NCBI GenBank assembly: GCA_002269645.1 | Contig: NIVC01001829.1 | Location: 62,001 to 126,000, forward strand | Length of the DNA stretch: 64,000 nucleotides | Reading direction: 5' to 3' | Source of the DNA: Macrostomum lignano | Lineage: Eukaryota | Part shown: positions 36,478 to 49,465 of the stretch, piece after piece | How positions within the stretch are numbered: the first letter of the stretch is position 1 | Layout of the letters: every line of letters begins with the position of its first letter | The notes under the pieces: model-generated | The model's input: only the letters and a program-made list of their open reading frames with translations | Databases searched by the model: none | What the model was told of the DNA's origin: nothing | Position numbers and translations under genes: made by a program

Positions 36478-39400
36478 AGTAGAGAAAGACCATTCCGACT
36501 GGGATCTGCTAATTCCCACAGCTCTGGTAGCTGTGCGCACCAGTGTGAACCAGACTACCGGGTTTACCCCGCACTACCTGCTATTCGGCAGAGAAGCAGA
36601 CCTCAGAATTGACAGCATTATTCGGAAGCCTAGGCTATACTATGACTATCCAAGCTACGTGCTGAGTCATGCCGAAAGACTTAAAGAAGCGCAGAAAATC
36701 GTGCAGAAAAAAGTTGGAAAAAGTGAGAGACCGACGAGAAGGTGACAATGCTGTCACCGAAGCATGTGCCGGTTGGATGCCTCGCATTGATCAATAATCC
36801 GCAGCTACATAGCGAAGAAAGTCACAAGTTCCATCGCAAGAAAAGAGCAGCATTCAGAGTACTGGCGCAAATTTCTGAAATAGTCTTCCGAGTGCAAAGA
36901 GAGATGGACGGAGTGAGAAGTGGCGAGAAGATGCTCGTGCATCGGAACAATCTCACCCCAGTGCCTAACTCAGAAATAGACCTGCCGGATGAACAGTACA
37001 AAGAAGCAGAACCGAAAGGAAAGCCGACTAACAAGCAGAAAAAGAAAGAACTGAAAAGGCCACAGCAACAGCGACAGCCAAAACGGACAGGAAAGCAGAT
37101 GGAGCCAGCCATAGTATTAAGCGAAAGTTCCGAAGACAAAAGAATCCAGTGGAGAACCAGAGCAATCGATCCGAATGAAGATGAGATTGAGCAGAATGAG
37201 ATAGAACCAAAAGAAGAAGAATTTGAGCAGGGAGATGAGTCAACAGATAGTGAAAGAACTGAGCCAGCCGAAACAGATGACGCATTAGAATTAGATAGGA
37301 GAGAAAGGAATGAAGACGAAAGGATTGAGCATAGGCCGCATTATAATCTGAGACCAAGAAGTGAGAGAGTTGTCACCTCAGGATTCGCCCCCTGCAGGCG
37401 ATACGCCCATTATCTGAAATAATCCAATTTGCATCATGCTAAGTATTAAATTGTAAATAGAATTTGCTTAAAATCAAAAAATGCTCTGTATATACAAATC
37501 TGTTCTGAATAATAAAATTGAAAAAAATATAAAAATTTTAAAAATTTTAAAAACACAAAAACATTGCGCATTACTAGTAGTAGACGTGAGAGAATTGTGT
37601 GAAGAAATCCGAAGCCAGTAAAAATCCTAGCAACGCTTAGCAACGGTGCGCCGCTCTGAACCAATGAGAGCCCGCGAAGCGAACGCTAGAGAACCACTAT
37701 GGTTGACGAACACGTGACCCCACTAAACCCTTCGAAAGTGAAAGCGCAAACACAACGATGCGGTCCAGTTTTTCGGCTGGCCGGATATAAACACGAATCC
37801 CCATAGAGCTCCCAGAGCATCATATTTCACAAGCAATTAGCTCATTATTAGCATAGCGTAAGGATATTTATTATAAGCCATGAGCAATCACGTGGACGAC
37901 ATCTTAGCAGAATTATTAGGCGGACCCCTGTCTGATAGCGAATTATCGCAAGAGGCAGAGCCAGCTCAGCCAGCGCAGCCGCCAGCTCAGTCGCCAGCGC
38001 AGCCGCCAGCTCAGTCGCCAGCGCAGCCGCCAGCTCAGTCGCCAGCGCAGCCGCCAGCTCACCCGGCTTCAGAGACGGCCAGACCATCGTCATCGCGAGC
38101 GTCGACATCGGCCGCCGCAGCAGCCGAGGCTCCGATGCGCTGTCCGACACGACCTCGATCCCTAGGCGAGACTAACAAGCGACCAAGGCCACTGTCGCCT
38201 TCAAGCAGTCAACGTCTCCAGGTCGAAGGCCCAACACCGCCGAAACGGTCGGCTTTGCTGCAAGCCGCCGCTGCAGCTCCGGTTCAGGACTACGTCGCTC
38301 CGGAGAACCGAAGGCCGACAGGCGCCAGTGCCGCAGCACCAGATCAACTTCGACTGCCGGCCGAAGCGCCGCCACCACGACGTCGAGCCGGGCCTCCGCG
38401 TGCTGCCGAGAACGCCGCTGCTGCTCAGTCCCGTCCAGCCGCCGACGCCGCTGCTGCGCCTCAGCCCCGTCCAGCCGCCGACGCCGCTGCTGCGCCTCAG
38501 CCTCGTCCAGCCGTCGCCGCCGCACCTCGACCACAGCGGCCGGTGCATGTTGAAATGTTTCAAGAGACTGCCCAACGGTTAATCGAAGCCAGCGAGCACA
38601 TTGAACGAATCCGACACGGCATCCTGCAGTAACTACAAAGAATCGGCCATATCCGCCTAGACCAGGCCCTGCCACAGCGTGCGCAGGTCTGGCCTGCTGT
38701 CCGCACCCTACGAAAGATGTGCAGCCAAGCCGAGAGCGTGGCCCTACTGCGCCACATAGCCGAAGAGCTTCAACGCGTCTTCGGGGCCGATTCGCAGGCA
38801 GTCCAGAGTCGACTGCTGGCAATCGAGATACGGTGGATTTTCGGCTTGGTCAGCTGGCCGTACTTCTGCAACCTGCCAGACCCATGTAATTTCTAAACTC
38901 TGACAGTTATTTTTAAGTGACATTTTGCTTAAAAGCCTACTCTTATTAGTTATTACTCCAAAGTTCATTAAGTGTTGTACTTTATTGACTAAATTAGTGC
39001 CTAATAATGTTTTCTAGTGAATAATAGTGTGTTTCCTTTGTGTTTGCTCTATTGTTTACTATTATGCTTAGTACATATCAATTTTTTATATATATTGCCT
39101 GCTACATTTCAACTTTATTTTGTCTATTGCTTGTTTTACATCATTTATTACTAGTGGTATACTTCAATTTAGCTGCCTTTTTAGAAACTTATTGCACTAC
39201 TAAAGCACCTATCCTGTTGTATTTTCTTTCGCACTTTTTTTATTTTTGCACTTTGTTTTTCACATCTTTGTTAGAAATTTTTGCACTCAATCTACTGTAA
39301 GAAGTGTATTTCGTTTAAAAATTTCTTTTAAGGGAGGAGAGGTTGAGACAGGCGATTATTCATTATTCCGTTTTTATTTCATCGAATCTATAGCATTTAA

Positions 39401-40250
39401 ATTTATGCGAAAAACTAAGAAACATGTTTTGTTATAACATACACTTTTCCAATAATATTTTGTATAATTATTTTTTGTTTAAAATTGTAATGAAAAATGG
39501 TATAAATAGAAGCAATTTTGGCAACAGAAGAACTAACCTTCCACCTCGAGCACCACGATTTGATAGTAAGCAAATAATAAGCAGTTAGTAAGAGTTCCGA
39601 TTAAATAAGAGTGAAGTTGTTTTCCGAGTTAATTATTTGCAGATACAAGAGTGAAGTAGACTGAAGCATATACAGTATATACTACTTGAGAAGCAACAGT
39701 ATTAAGTAGTAAGAGAATACAAAGTAGATCTGAAGTGATACATGTAAGAATAACCAGAGGCTGTGACCCTCTGATCTTGGTGACGCCCAAGGACTTGCAA
39801 AGTACATGAAATACATATACCAGTAAGCCAATATACCGCTCAGGCCAAATTATTAAGTAAAATGCTAGCGGAATAATAGAACAATACCAGAAAAACAGAA
39901 CGCTACCAGAATAATGTAGGAGTAAAATCTTATAAGGGCTAACAGTTTTCTAAGAATAATACTCAGACTAAATATTCAGACTATATACTCAGAGCAATTC
40001 TAAGAAACATTTCTCGGATTATTCTAAGATTGATAAACTCATAATTTATTAATAGGATAATCCTAGTGGCAGCTACCAACTTAACAAGAGAACTTAAAGA
40101 TTAGTGTAGGAAGTTAGCCTTAGTACAACTTTGGTGACAGCATAAGGACTAGGTAAAGGAATTAGAGCTTTATAGAACAGTTTGGTGTCAGGATCAGTTT
40201 ACAGAGACATAGGAAAACCCCTGTTACAGCTTGGTGGCAAAACGGTGAGA
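36478..40250 (+). mobile_element. Gypsy element D 3' remnant: integrase end, extra ORF, PPT, LTR, degenerate PBS
   Basis: DWDLLIP..RTSVNQTTGFTPHYLLFGR, GPY/F-like region, YNLRPR tail; PPT AAGGGAGGAGAGG 39330-42; LTR about 39344-40228; TGGTGGCAAAACGGTGAGA at 40232. Confidence 0.8.
37880..38896 (+). CDS. Extra ORF (ORF3) of element D, 338 codons with one internal TAA (38630)
   Basis: Frame stays open after the TAA (LQRIGHIRLDQ...PDPCNF*); contains 24-bp QPPAQSPA and 36-bp AAAPQPRPAAD repeats. Confidence 0.65.
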
Positions 40251-41735
40251 AAATTTCAGTGAGAGCAATAACCCCTATTAAAAAAATTGGACATTTTCTA
40301 ATCAAAAGACATCATTAAGTTTATGTACCTTTTAAAAAAATAAAAAGCTTTAGAAGGTTAAAACAAACTATATACAAAATTATAGTACTTTCATCATCAG
40401 ATAAAAACATTAGCAACCATATAATCTATTATATTTTTAATATATTAGTATCTCAAAGTTACTGAATTGACAGAAAAAAATGTTACGACTATAATGTTAT
40501 GACCATAAGGCTACCTTTTCTTTTGTATCTTTGTTGCCTTTTTGAGTTTATATATTCTAATAAAAGAGTATGACTTCTAACGATATTCTTAGTCAAATTT
40601 AAAAAAATTATTGCAAAATATCAAAAATGAAAATTGTTATAAGACTTTTACCTTTAGTTTCTATATGTCAAAAATATTGTTGTTACGACCATAAGTGCCA
40701 TTCAAGGTTTAATAGCATCTATACTAATGATGATATCTATATGAAACTTTATAAACATATTTTTTGACAAAATAATATTTCATTCAAAATATTGGTTTAG
40801 TATATTCTATTATTAGATTTCATTTTATAAGTAAAAATAGTCTGTCATGTTACAACCATAATTATATGGAATGGCCCTAGACCTTTTAAGCTAACTGCAA
40901 TGCAATCTTTGTTTCAAACATTTTTATTAGAACTATAAAGATATAGATTTATGCCCATAAGACTCAACTTATGAAAAGTAAAATTCATAAAATGCTAAAA
41001 AATTATATGACAAATCCTGGAATAATTATAGAAATTTTATAAGACAATATAGTCTAAATTTAAATCCAACTAGTTGTCAATATTATGAATTTTGCAGTTT
41101 AAGTTATATTAACTATTGATTTCTAATATAGTTTTGATTTGATAGAACTAGAGTTAAATTTTTTAGTGTAGGCCTAAAACGTTTCAACTATATTTTTTAT
41201 TCATTCTTTTTTAATATTGTTGTTGTTTAAAATCTATTAAATGTTATATATTTTTTTATAATTCAAAGTCAGGAAGATGGCTTTTTTCATGGAAAATTCC
41301 AGCTCAAAATGGATTGGATATATGCTAGGCTACCATATTCTGGTGCAACAATAGGCAAAAAGGGTAAAATCTGGCATAGTATAGTGTGAAACAAAAAAGT
41401 GTGATATGTTGCAATGCAAGACAATTCAACAAAAACTTTTGGCTAGACAATATTTTTATAAATAAAAGAATTATATAATTTCTTTTTATTTAAAGTATGC
41501 TTTATTATTTATAGTGCAATTTTTATTTTAACATTCATATGAATTGAGTCTTAGAATTTAAGGTTGCTCATTTTCCTCAAAAACCTCATTTTCCTAGGTA
41601 TTACTTGTTAGATTCATTAAAAATAATATTAAAATATTTTAATAGGCAAATTATATTTAGTATTGCAAATATATTCATGTTTAATTGAAAAAAAGCATAA
41701 TTTAATGATTTATTACTTTTAGCTTTACTAGCGAG

Positions 41736-42194
41736 CCATAGTCCGGAAGGTGGCCTTTACGCCGGAATTTTCCGGCGTAATTTTGCACTCGCTGACAATC
41801 TTGGCGTACATTTGGCGTATAGAATATTTAGGTTCAACATGAAGTGTAAACAACCGGCGTACAAGAAATAGAAAAGTTCAGGGCTGATGCAATCGTGTAG
41901 TTAAATATCAATTAACCAAAGCTCTTCTGAATATAAACGGTTAACAAAACAGAAAATATTAACGAAATTTACGAGAAAAACAAAATTAAAACAAAGAATA
42001 TTAGTTTTTGGAAAAAATCAGCCGTTTTCAAGTAAATAATAAGTTTTAAGTTTTAAAAAATACAAATTCTTTAAAAAGTTGGCGTATAAACAACTTTTGA
42101 CTTGGCGTAAAAATTTTTGAACTTTACGTCGGCGTAAAATTGAAAAGACACGAATTTTCACTCCGGCGTACGCCTGCCATGATCCGGACTATGG
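41736..42194. mobile_element. MITE, 459 bp, 12-bp TIR and 8-bp TSD
   Basis: TIR CCATAGTCCGGA / TCCGGACTATGG; TSD CTAGCGAG (41728-35, 42195-202); about nine internal GGCGTA/TACGCC motifs. Confidence 0.9.
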
Positions 42195-44356
42195 CTAGCG
42201 AGTGAATGTGCATATGAATTCGGTCACTGCTTGCTATCACTTTCACTCAGTCACTGCCTCTCATCTTACTCAGGCACTACCCTCTCAGTCCCCCATCATT
42301 TGTGTTGCTGTAAATAAAACTAGTCTAATAACTGATAAATGATGATTGGATTAAAATTTGTATACTGTTGTTTGCAAAAGCTTTTTTTCTTCACAAGGGG
42401 CTGTGGATTTGAAGTCATACTGGGTCGTACTATACTGGCTGAAATGCTGCTATTCTACTTGTGATGATCGATATAATGTATATAGAAGCAAGGCATGTAT
42501 ACAAAGAAATACTGTACAAATGATTTCTAAGTATTCCTAATGTCGCTTAGGAACTTTGGGTTTCAATGTCCCTGCGACGTCAGATAAGAATGTTCAAAAT
42601 TACCTTTGATAAGAATGTCCTGGGACGTTGAACTTGGACGTTCAGGGGACCAAAATATGAACATCTCTGGACTCTGGGATGTTTATTTGTTATCTGGGTT
42701 TGTTTGTTCTGCGTGATTGCATATACAAAGGAGCATCCTAAAAGTTTGTGCAATTGATCTATTTTTATTATAGACATCTTTCTAATAGTTATAGCTTTTA
42801 ATACAGTAGCCCTAAAGCTAATAGAAATCATTTTTGCACACTTGACCTATTTGCATTTTTTATTATCACCACTGTGATTTTCCTTATTACTGTTTTCTCA
42901 TTGGCTGACATTGCAATTATGAAAGATTATCCACAGAACAAGCGGGTCATTAGAACAGAATAACAGAATTGATATAGTGCCTAGAAATAATACATAGTTC
43001 CATTTTTGTGCTGAAAATTACTCTATTTTTATGCACGAATGTTTCATTCTTAGAAAAACGCACATTCAAATTCACACAAAAAGAAATTACTAGTATTTTT
43101 TTGTTTCAATGTTGTTAATTGTAAGAATATTAACCTTTTGTTTTAAACGAGCCTGATGGCCAATATAAATAGAAGCTCCGAGCAGGCCAAGAGAGCAACC
43201 GTCCTCGACTCGTCGAGTAACTCTGAGCAAACTTTAATAAGCTCTTACTAAACCTTAATCGCTTAAGAAATTGACTTATTCATTTCTTAGAGTGGAAGCC
43301 CCAAATCGGCAGTAGTATTAAGATCCGCTAAAAGCGAGAAATTGCCTAGGGCAGGAAAACGTTAGAAAATAGTGAATTCGCCTCAGGGCAGAAGAACCGC
43401 TTCATAGCGAGGGAAAGTTGCCTCAGGGCAGGGAAAATATAAAGCTGTGACCCTCTGATCCCGGGAACGCCAGGACTGAGAAATATAAGAGTATAATTTT
43501 CTGGATTCGCACCTGCTACATTTCAACCAATGCTGCAAAGAGCATGCGGCAATATGGCAGGTGTGAGCCCTGTGGCATCCCGATATATGTTGTACATCGT
43601 ACATGTAGCTCTTTTCTGACTGCAAATCGTACAATATAGCCCCAATTAAAAATTATTGAAATTGTTCTTTATAATGGTGAAAAAGCAAATTTTATAATTT
43701 CTATTGAGCTGCATGCCAATATGGCATGCATACATGCCAATGTATGCATGCCACAGCATAAAAATTCATATTTTGTAATTTTACCATACATTGTATATAA
43801 TTAATTTCGACCAAATCCCCTGTCCCCGCGAAAAAGCGAAACATATGTATGCATCTGCCCACAAGTGCTAGATCTCCTTATTAATTGGGTGTTGGGTGAT
43901 GCCGGAATGCTCGGGAGACTATAGCGATCGAGGATCTGTCCCTGCAGCGTTGAGGTTTCAGTGTACATGTACATGTCATATTTGTGACGTTTAATCGGAA
44001 TTTTAAATTATATAGAAACTGCAGCAGTCCTTGAATAGTCAATTTTCATTTCCTCTGATGTCCAAAATCGTTTTTTCGAAAATAGTCACAACGCCCATCA
44101 TGTTCAAGTTTTACTCTTTATAAGCTGCAGTAAGATGTACCACTGCTTTATAGTAACTACAAAGACGACTCGTAGTACCGCAGGGGATCGACTGATATAC
44201 TTTTCGAACAATTTAATTAATCTTTCTTCCGCCACTTCATGGGAGATTTTGGTTTCTGATGTACGCATGCTAGCTCTATCTAAAAAAACATTCTCAATGT
44301 TGTTAACATATGACAAGTGTTTGGTGCATATAAAAAAGAGCTCATAATTATTAAAG

Positions 44357-47300
44357 TCATCGACGTTTTGTAGCAGAGTGATGCGACTGCTGCGAGGTGC
44401 CAGTCAACTTCTTGCCACCCGAAACCGAAGAGGCCCCTGCGGTGCTTGAGGATCCACCACCAGCGGTGCTCCCGGCACCTCCGCCACCGCTAACGCCGCC
44501 ACTGTTCAACCCTCTTCCTGCAGTTGACTTCTGCTTGCTTGAGTCTCGCTTCGATCCTTTGGCTAGTTTCTCTAATAAAAGTACGAGGAATTTTATAGTA
44601 ATTTTGTAAGTTTAAATCAAATATTTGCTTTGTTATACGATACCACGAACACCTGAAGTAGAAATTAAGGACGCTGAATAGTGAATACTCGCTTTTCTAA
44701 GAAATGAGCTTGAGACTAATGAAATTTGAGCATATTGTGGTAACGCTAAAAGCGTGTTTAAACCAAAGAACGTATATACACAAGATGGGCTACTCTACCA
44801 TTTGTGACCATGCTATAATGTAAAAAATTTGCATCACTCGACAGCGCGAAAAATTATACTACTTAACTCAATTTCGTCAGTAGTCTCTTCAGTGCATGAA
44901 TTTATTCTTAATTTGATTAAGTGGCTTTTTATTCGATTCATGAGAAGTACGTGTTCTATAAAATTCTCAAAAAATAGGGTCTACACATTATCTGTGGTCG
45001 CTATTGCCCTATTGCCGCAATAGGGAATATAAAATCTATGGGCTAGATTCATTTAAACGCTAAAAAACTTGGCAGCAGTCTAACGTTATGTGAAGATTAG
45101 CTCAAATATCGTGAATACAATGCTGCAAATGTAACCATAGTTCACCCTTAAACATATTGACACTGCTTGCTTTTCCAATTTTTAGACGAATTCCATTCCG
45201 AAAAAAGCATTTTCGGAGGCACTCATATTTAGCGTCGCAGGCACTCATTTTAGCGCCACAAGCACTCATTTTAGCGCCACAGGCACTCATTTTAGCGCCG
45301 GAGGCACTCATTTTAGCGCCGGAGGCACTCATTTTAGCACCGCAGGCACTCATTTTAGCGCCACAGGCACTCATTTTAGCGCGACAGGCACTCATTTTAG
45401 TACCGCAGGCACTCATTTTAGCCCCACAAGCACTCATTTTAGCGCGACGCACTCATTTTAGCGCGACAGGCACTCATTTTAGTACCGCAGGCACTCATTT
45501 TAGCGCTACAGGAACTCATTTTAGCACCGCAGGCACTCATTTTAGCGCCGGAGGCACTCATTTTAGCGCCACAGGCACTCATTTTAGCGCCGGAGGCACT
45601 CATTTTAGCGCCACAGGCACTCATTTTAGCGCCAGAGACACTCATTTTAGCGTCGCAAGCGCTATGCTTCGTTGCCCTAAAGCGAAAGTATTGATATCCA
45701 TAATACTTCAACAAAGGTGGGGTGTTGGCGGGCAAAATATTGGCATGTACTCCCATAACTTTTACCGGGGGAACATGTCCCCCCCCCTCGTGGCGACGCC
45801 CCTGAGAGATGCAGCAACTTGTAAGCTGATACATAATTATTTTTTACAAATATAACGTCTTACCCAGATAAGCTTTCGTGACAATCTCCTCATTGTCTAG
45901 TAACGGAGTGTAAACCAGTCTTCCTTTATTGTTCTCTGCAAGTTGAAAGCCAAAGCTTTACTATAAGCATACTTTGTTGAATATTAGAAGCGCTAATAAG
46001 AGGCCTTGTCTTTGCTAAACACATTGCGCTGAAAGTCAGTGTCCCCTGGAACTCCTGACCTCAGTGTCCCCTGGAACTCCTGACCTCAGTGTCCCCTGGA
46101 ACTCCTGACCTCAGTGTCCCCTGGAACTCCCGACCTCAGTGTCCCCTGGAACTCCCGACCTCAGTGTCCCCTGGAACTCCTGACCTCAGTGTCCCCTGGA
46201 ACTCCTGACCTCAGTGTCCCCTGGAACTCCTGACCTCAGTGTCCCCTGGAACTCCTGACCTCAGTGTCCCCTGGAACTCCTGACCTCAGTGTCCCCTGGA
46301 ACTCCTGACCTCAGTGTCCCCTGGAACTCCTGACCTCAGTGTCCCCTGGAACTCCTGACCTCAGTGTCCCCTGGAACTCCTGACCTCAGTGTCCCCTGGA
46401 ACTCCCGACCTCAGTGTCCCCTGGAACTCCCGACCTCAGTGTCCCCTGGAACTCCTGACCTCAGTGTCCCCTGGAACTCCCGACCTCAGTGTCCCCTGGA
46501 ACTCCCGACCTCAGTGTCCCCTGGAACTCCCGACCTCAGTGTCCCCTGGAACTCCCGACCTCAGTGTCCCCTGGAACTCCCGACCTCAGTGTCCCCTGGA
46601 ACTCCCGACCTCAGTGTCCCCTGGAACTCCCGACCTCAGTGTCCCCTGGAACTCCTGACCTCAGTGTCCCCTGGAACTCCTGACCTCAGTGTCCCTTAGA
46701 ACTGACCCATGTGTCCCTTAAAGCTCCCCAAAAGTACAAATTCCCATAGTTATATAGTACTTAACCTGACTTTGAAGACTTCAAAACATAGGCAAGATTA
46801 CCTCCAACTCTGATCAGGACGCAGTCCTCTCTGTCAGCCAGTACCTCCTTTGCGGTCATGTTGGGATATTTTCTCAGATCCTTCACGTTTCCGTCTTTGT
46901 CGGACAAATCTATTATTTCTGTAAAAAAGATTGACAGTAATAGTCTATGTGTATTAGGTCGTGCCCAGCTGCTATGCTCCTATGTGAACCAATGGTTGAT
47001 GAAATCAATCATTTTGTGACGAAAGCAACCATAAAGGAACAAAATTACCGCACTGTGTGACAAAAGCAACCATTGTGTGACAAAACCAACCATTGTGTGA
47101 CAAAATCAACCATTGTGTGATAAAATCAACCACTGTGTGACAAAACCAACCACTATGTGACAAAATCAATCATTGTGTGACAAAATCAACCATTGTGTGA
47201 CAAAATCAACCATTGTATGACAAAATCAACCATTGTGTGATAAAATCAACCATTGTGTGACAAAATCAACCATTGTGTGACAAAATCAACCATTGAGCGG

Positions 47301-48040
47301 TGCAATAAACCATTTTGTAACAAAATCAACCATTGTGTGACAAAATCAACCATTGTGTGACAAAACCAACCACTATGTGACAAAATCAACCATTGAGCGG
47401 TGCAATAAACCATTTTGTAACAAAATCAACCATTGTGTGACAAAATCAACCATTGAGCGGTGCAATAAACCATTTTGTAACAAAATCAACCATTGTGTGA
47501 CAAAACCAACCATTGTGTGACAAAATCAACCATTGTGTGACAAAATCAACCATTGTTATAACAAAATCAACCATTGTGTGACAAAACCAACCATTAAGCT
47601 ACCTAAGTTTTACACACAAAAAGATATTTTTACTATAGAAACGGGTTTGTCTTCCCGTATACAATAAAGTAAATTGTCTTTTTCAAAATGCTCACCACTT
47701 GAGCCAAAATTGCAGCACTTGTCACGAATTGCCCGTAGCAGTGCTGCGCACTTGCAGTCCTGGTTGAACAGGGTCTCCACGTTGGCTGCAGTTTTAATGG
47801 AGCATTTATTGAACTACGTTTCACTAAACAATGTTTTGTGTCAGATGGCTGATGGACATACCACTTTCACCTGCGACTGATGTTGTCAAGCACAGGTGCG
47901 TACATGCACCAGGTTCACCAAATCTCCCCAAAAAGTTCCAAAAGCTATTAAGCCATCAATGGTGTTTGTACTCGTAAATCTTCCGCTACATATCCATAGA
48001 TCAGGCTCTTACCTCCGTGTTTGACAGTGATGAACACCAT
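44357..48040 (-). CDS. CXorf65/C22orf15-family (Pfam Il2rg-like) protein, 5 exons, 173 aa
   Basis: Exons 48013-48040, 47696-47785, 46802-46918, 45864-45935, 44357-44571, all GT-AG and phase 1, splice to MVFITVKHGANVETLFNQDC..IIDLSDKDGNVKDL..REDCVLIRV..YTPLL.. plus a Gly/Ser tail. Family call is from memory of the motif pattern. Confidence 0.85.
45217..45655. repeat. 21-bp minisatellite in intron 4
   Basis: Unit GGCACTCATTTTAGCGCCACA, about 20 copies. Confidence 0.95.
46037..46698. repeat. 25-bp minisatellite in intron 3
   Basis: Unit CAGTGTCCCCTGGAACTCC(T/C)GACCT, about 26 copies. Confidence 0.97.
47053..47596. repeat. 20-bp minisatellite in intron 2
   Basis: Unit TGTGTGACAAAATCAACCAT with interspersed variant GAGCGGTGCAATAAACCATT. 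Confidence 0.95.
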
Positions 48041-48477
48041 TTCTATAACTGATGGCACTGTAGAAACTTATTGCAAAGATCGGTACTATAGCAGTTATCT
48101 CAGAAACAGCAGCAATTAAATTCAGATTAGAGCTTTCACTTTTGAGCATTGCACAGTTATATAGAATAATTTTTCATGGCGCGAGTGTCTTTCGTTTCGG
48201 CTGCACTAGTTCAGTTCTGCACTACTCCTGGCTGGCTTAGCACAAGGGTTATACACACTCGGCCAATCTCCCTTTGTTAGCAGGCAGCAAATATAAATAG
48301 GGCTGAAGTTTGCTCAGTGGCACAATGGGTAGCTTGTGGCTTTTCTGCTCCTGCTTCTCCGTTTGCCTGCTTTTTCTCTCGGCAATTTCTTCAGCTTGCA
48401 TGCAGCTCTCGTAAAATTATTTTTACAATCTGCATTCTTACTTTTAGATTAGAAGCCAGATAGAAAAACATGCTTTT

Positions 48478-49465
48478 GTTGGAGTGTGGGGAATATTAGT
48501 GGACTGTATGGATCCTGTTGATGTTAGTGTGGGGAGACTTACAGGGCTGTATGGGTGTTGGTGATGTTGGAGTGTGGGGAGACTTACAGGGCTGTATGGG
48601 TGTTGGTGATGTTGGAGTGTGGGGAGTATTAGTGGACTGTATGGACGTTGATGTTGGAGTGTGGAGAGACTTACAGGGCTGTATGGGTGTTGGTGATGTT
48701 GGAGTGTGGGGAATATTAGTGGACTGTATGGACGTTGATGTTGGAGTGTGGAGAGACTTACAGGGCTGTATGGGTGTTGGTGATGTTAGAGTGTGGGGAG
48801 ACTTACAGGGCTGTATAAGTGTTGGTGATGTTGGAGTGTGGGGAATATTAGTGGACTGTATGGACGTTGATGTTGGAGTGTGGAGAGACTTACAGGGCTG
48901 TATGGGTGTTGGTGATGTTAGAGTGTGGGGAGACTTACAGGGCTGTATAAGTGTTGGTGATGTTGGAGTGTGGGGAATATTAGTGGACTGTATGGACGTT
49001 GATGTTGGAGTGTGGAGAGACTTACAGGGCTGTATGGGTGTTGGTGATGTTAGAGTGTGGGGAGACTTACAGGGCTGTATGGGTGTTGGTGATGTTGGAG
49101 TGTGGGGAGACTTACAGGGCTGTATGGGTGTTGGTGATGTTGGAGTGTGGGGAGACTTACAGGGCTGTATGGGTGTTGGTGATGTTGGAGTGTGGGGAGA
49201 CTTACAGGGCTGTATGGGTGTTGGTGATGTTGAAGTGTGGAGAGACTTACAGGGCTGTATGGGTGTTGGTGATGTTGAAGTGTGGGGAATATTAGTGGAC
49301 TGTATGGATCCTGTTGATGTTAGAGTGTGGGGAGACTTACAGGGCTGTATGGGTGTTGGTGATGTTGGAGTGTGGGGAAACTTACAGGGCTGTATGGGTG
49401 TTGGTGATGTTGGAGTGTGGGGAATATTAGTGGACTGTATGGACGTTGGAGTGTGGAGTTGGTGA
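48478..49465. repeat. Compound minisatellite of 45-bp and 42-bp units
   Basis: GATGTTGGAGTGTGGGGAGACTTACAGGGCTGTATGGGTGTTGGT (45) and GATGTTGGAGTGTGGGGAATATTAGTGGACTGTATGGACGTT (42). Confidence 0.95.

Noticed and set aside
33286-40250. RCCD1 captured inside one LTR element (LTR E plus PBS on the left, element D on the right)
   Set aside because: LTR E and LTR D are not similar and no shared TSD is visible; two independent relics flank a host gene.
45102-46699. ORFs made of APQALIL, AKMSACG and SPGTPDLSVPW repeats
   Set aside because: Translations of intronic minisatellites; the 25-bp unit cycles through all frames.
48518-49465. Plus-strand 315-aa DVGVWGDLQGCMG ORF as a real protein
   Set aside because: Open only because unit lengths are multiples of 3; no unique flanking coding sequence or recognisable domain.
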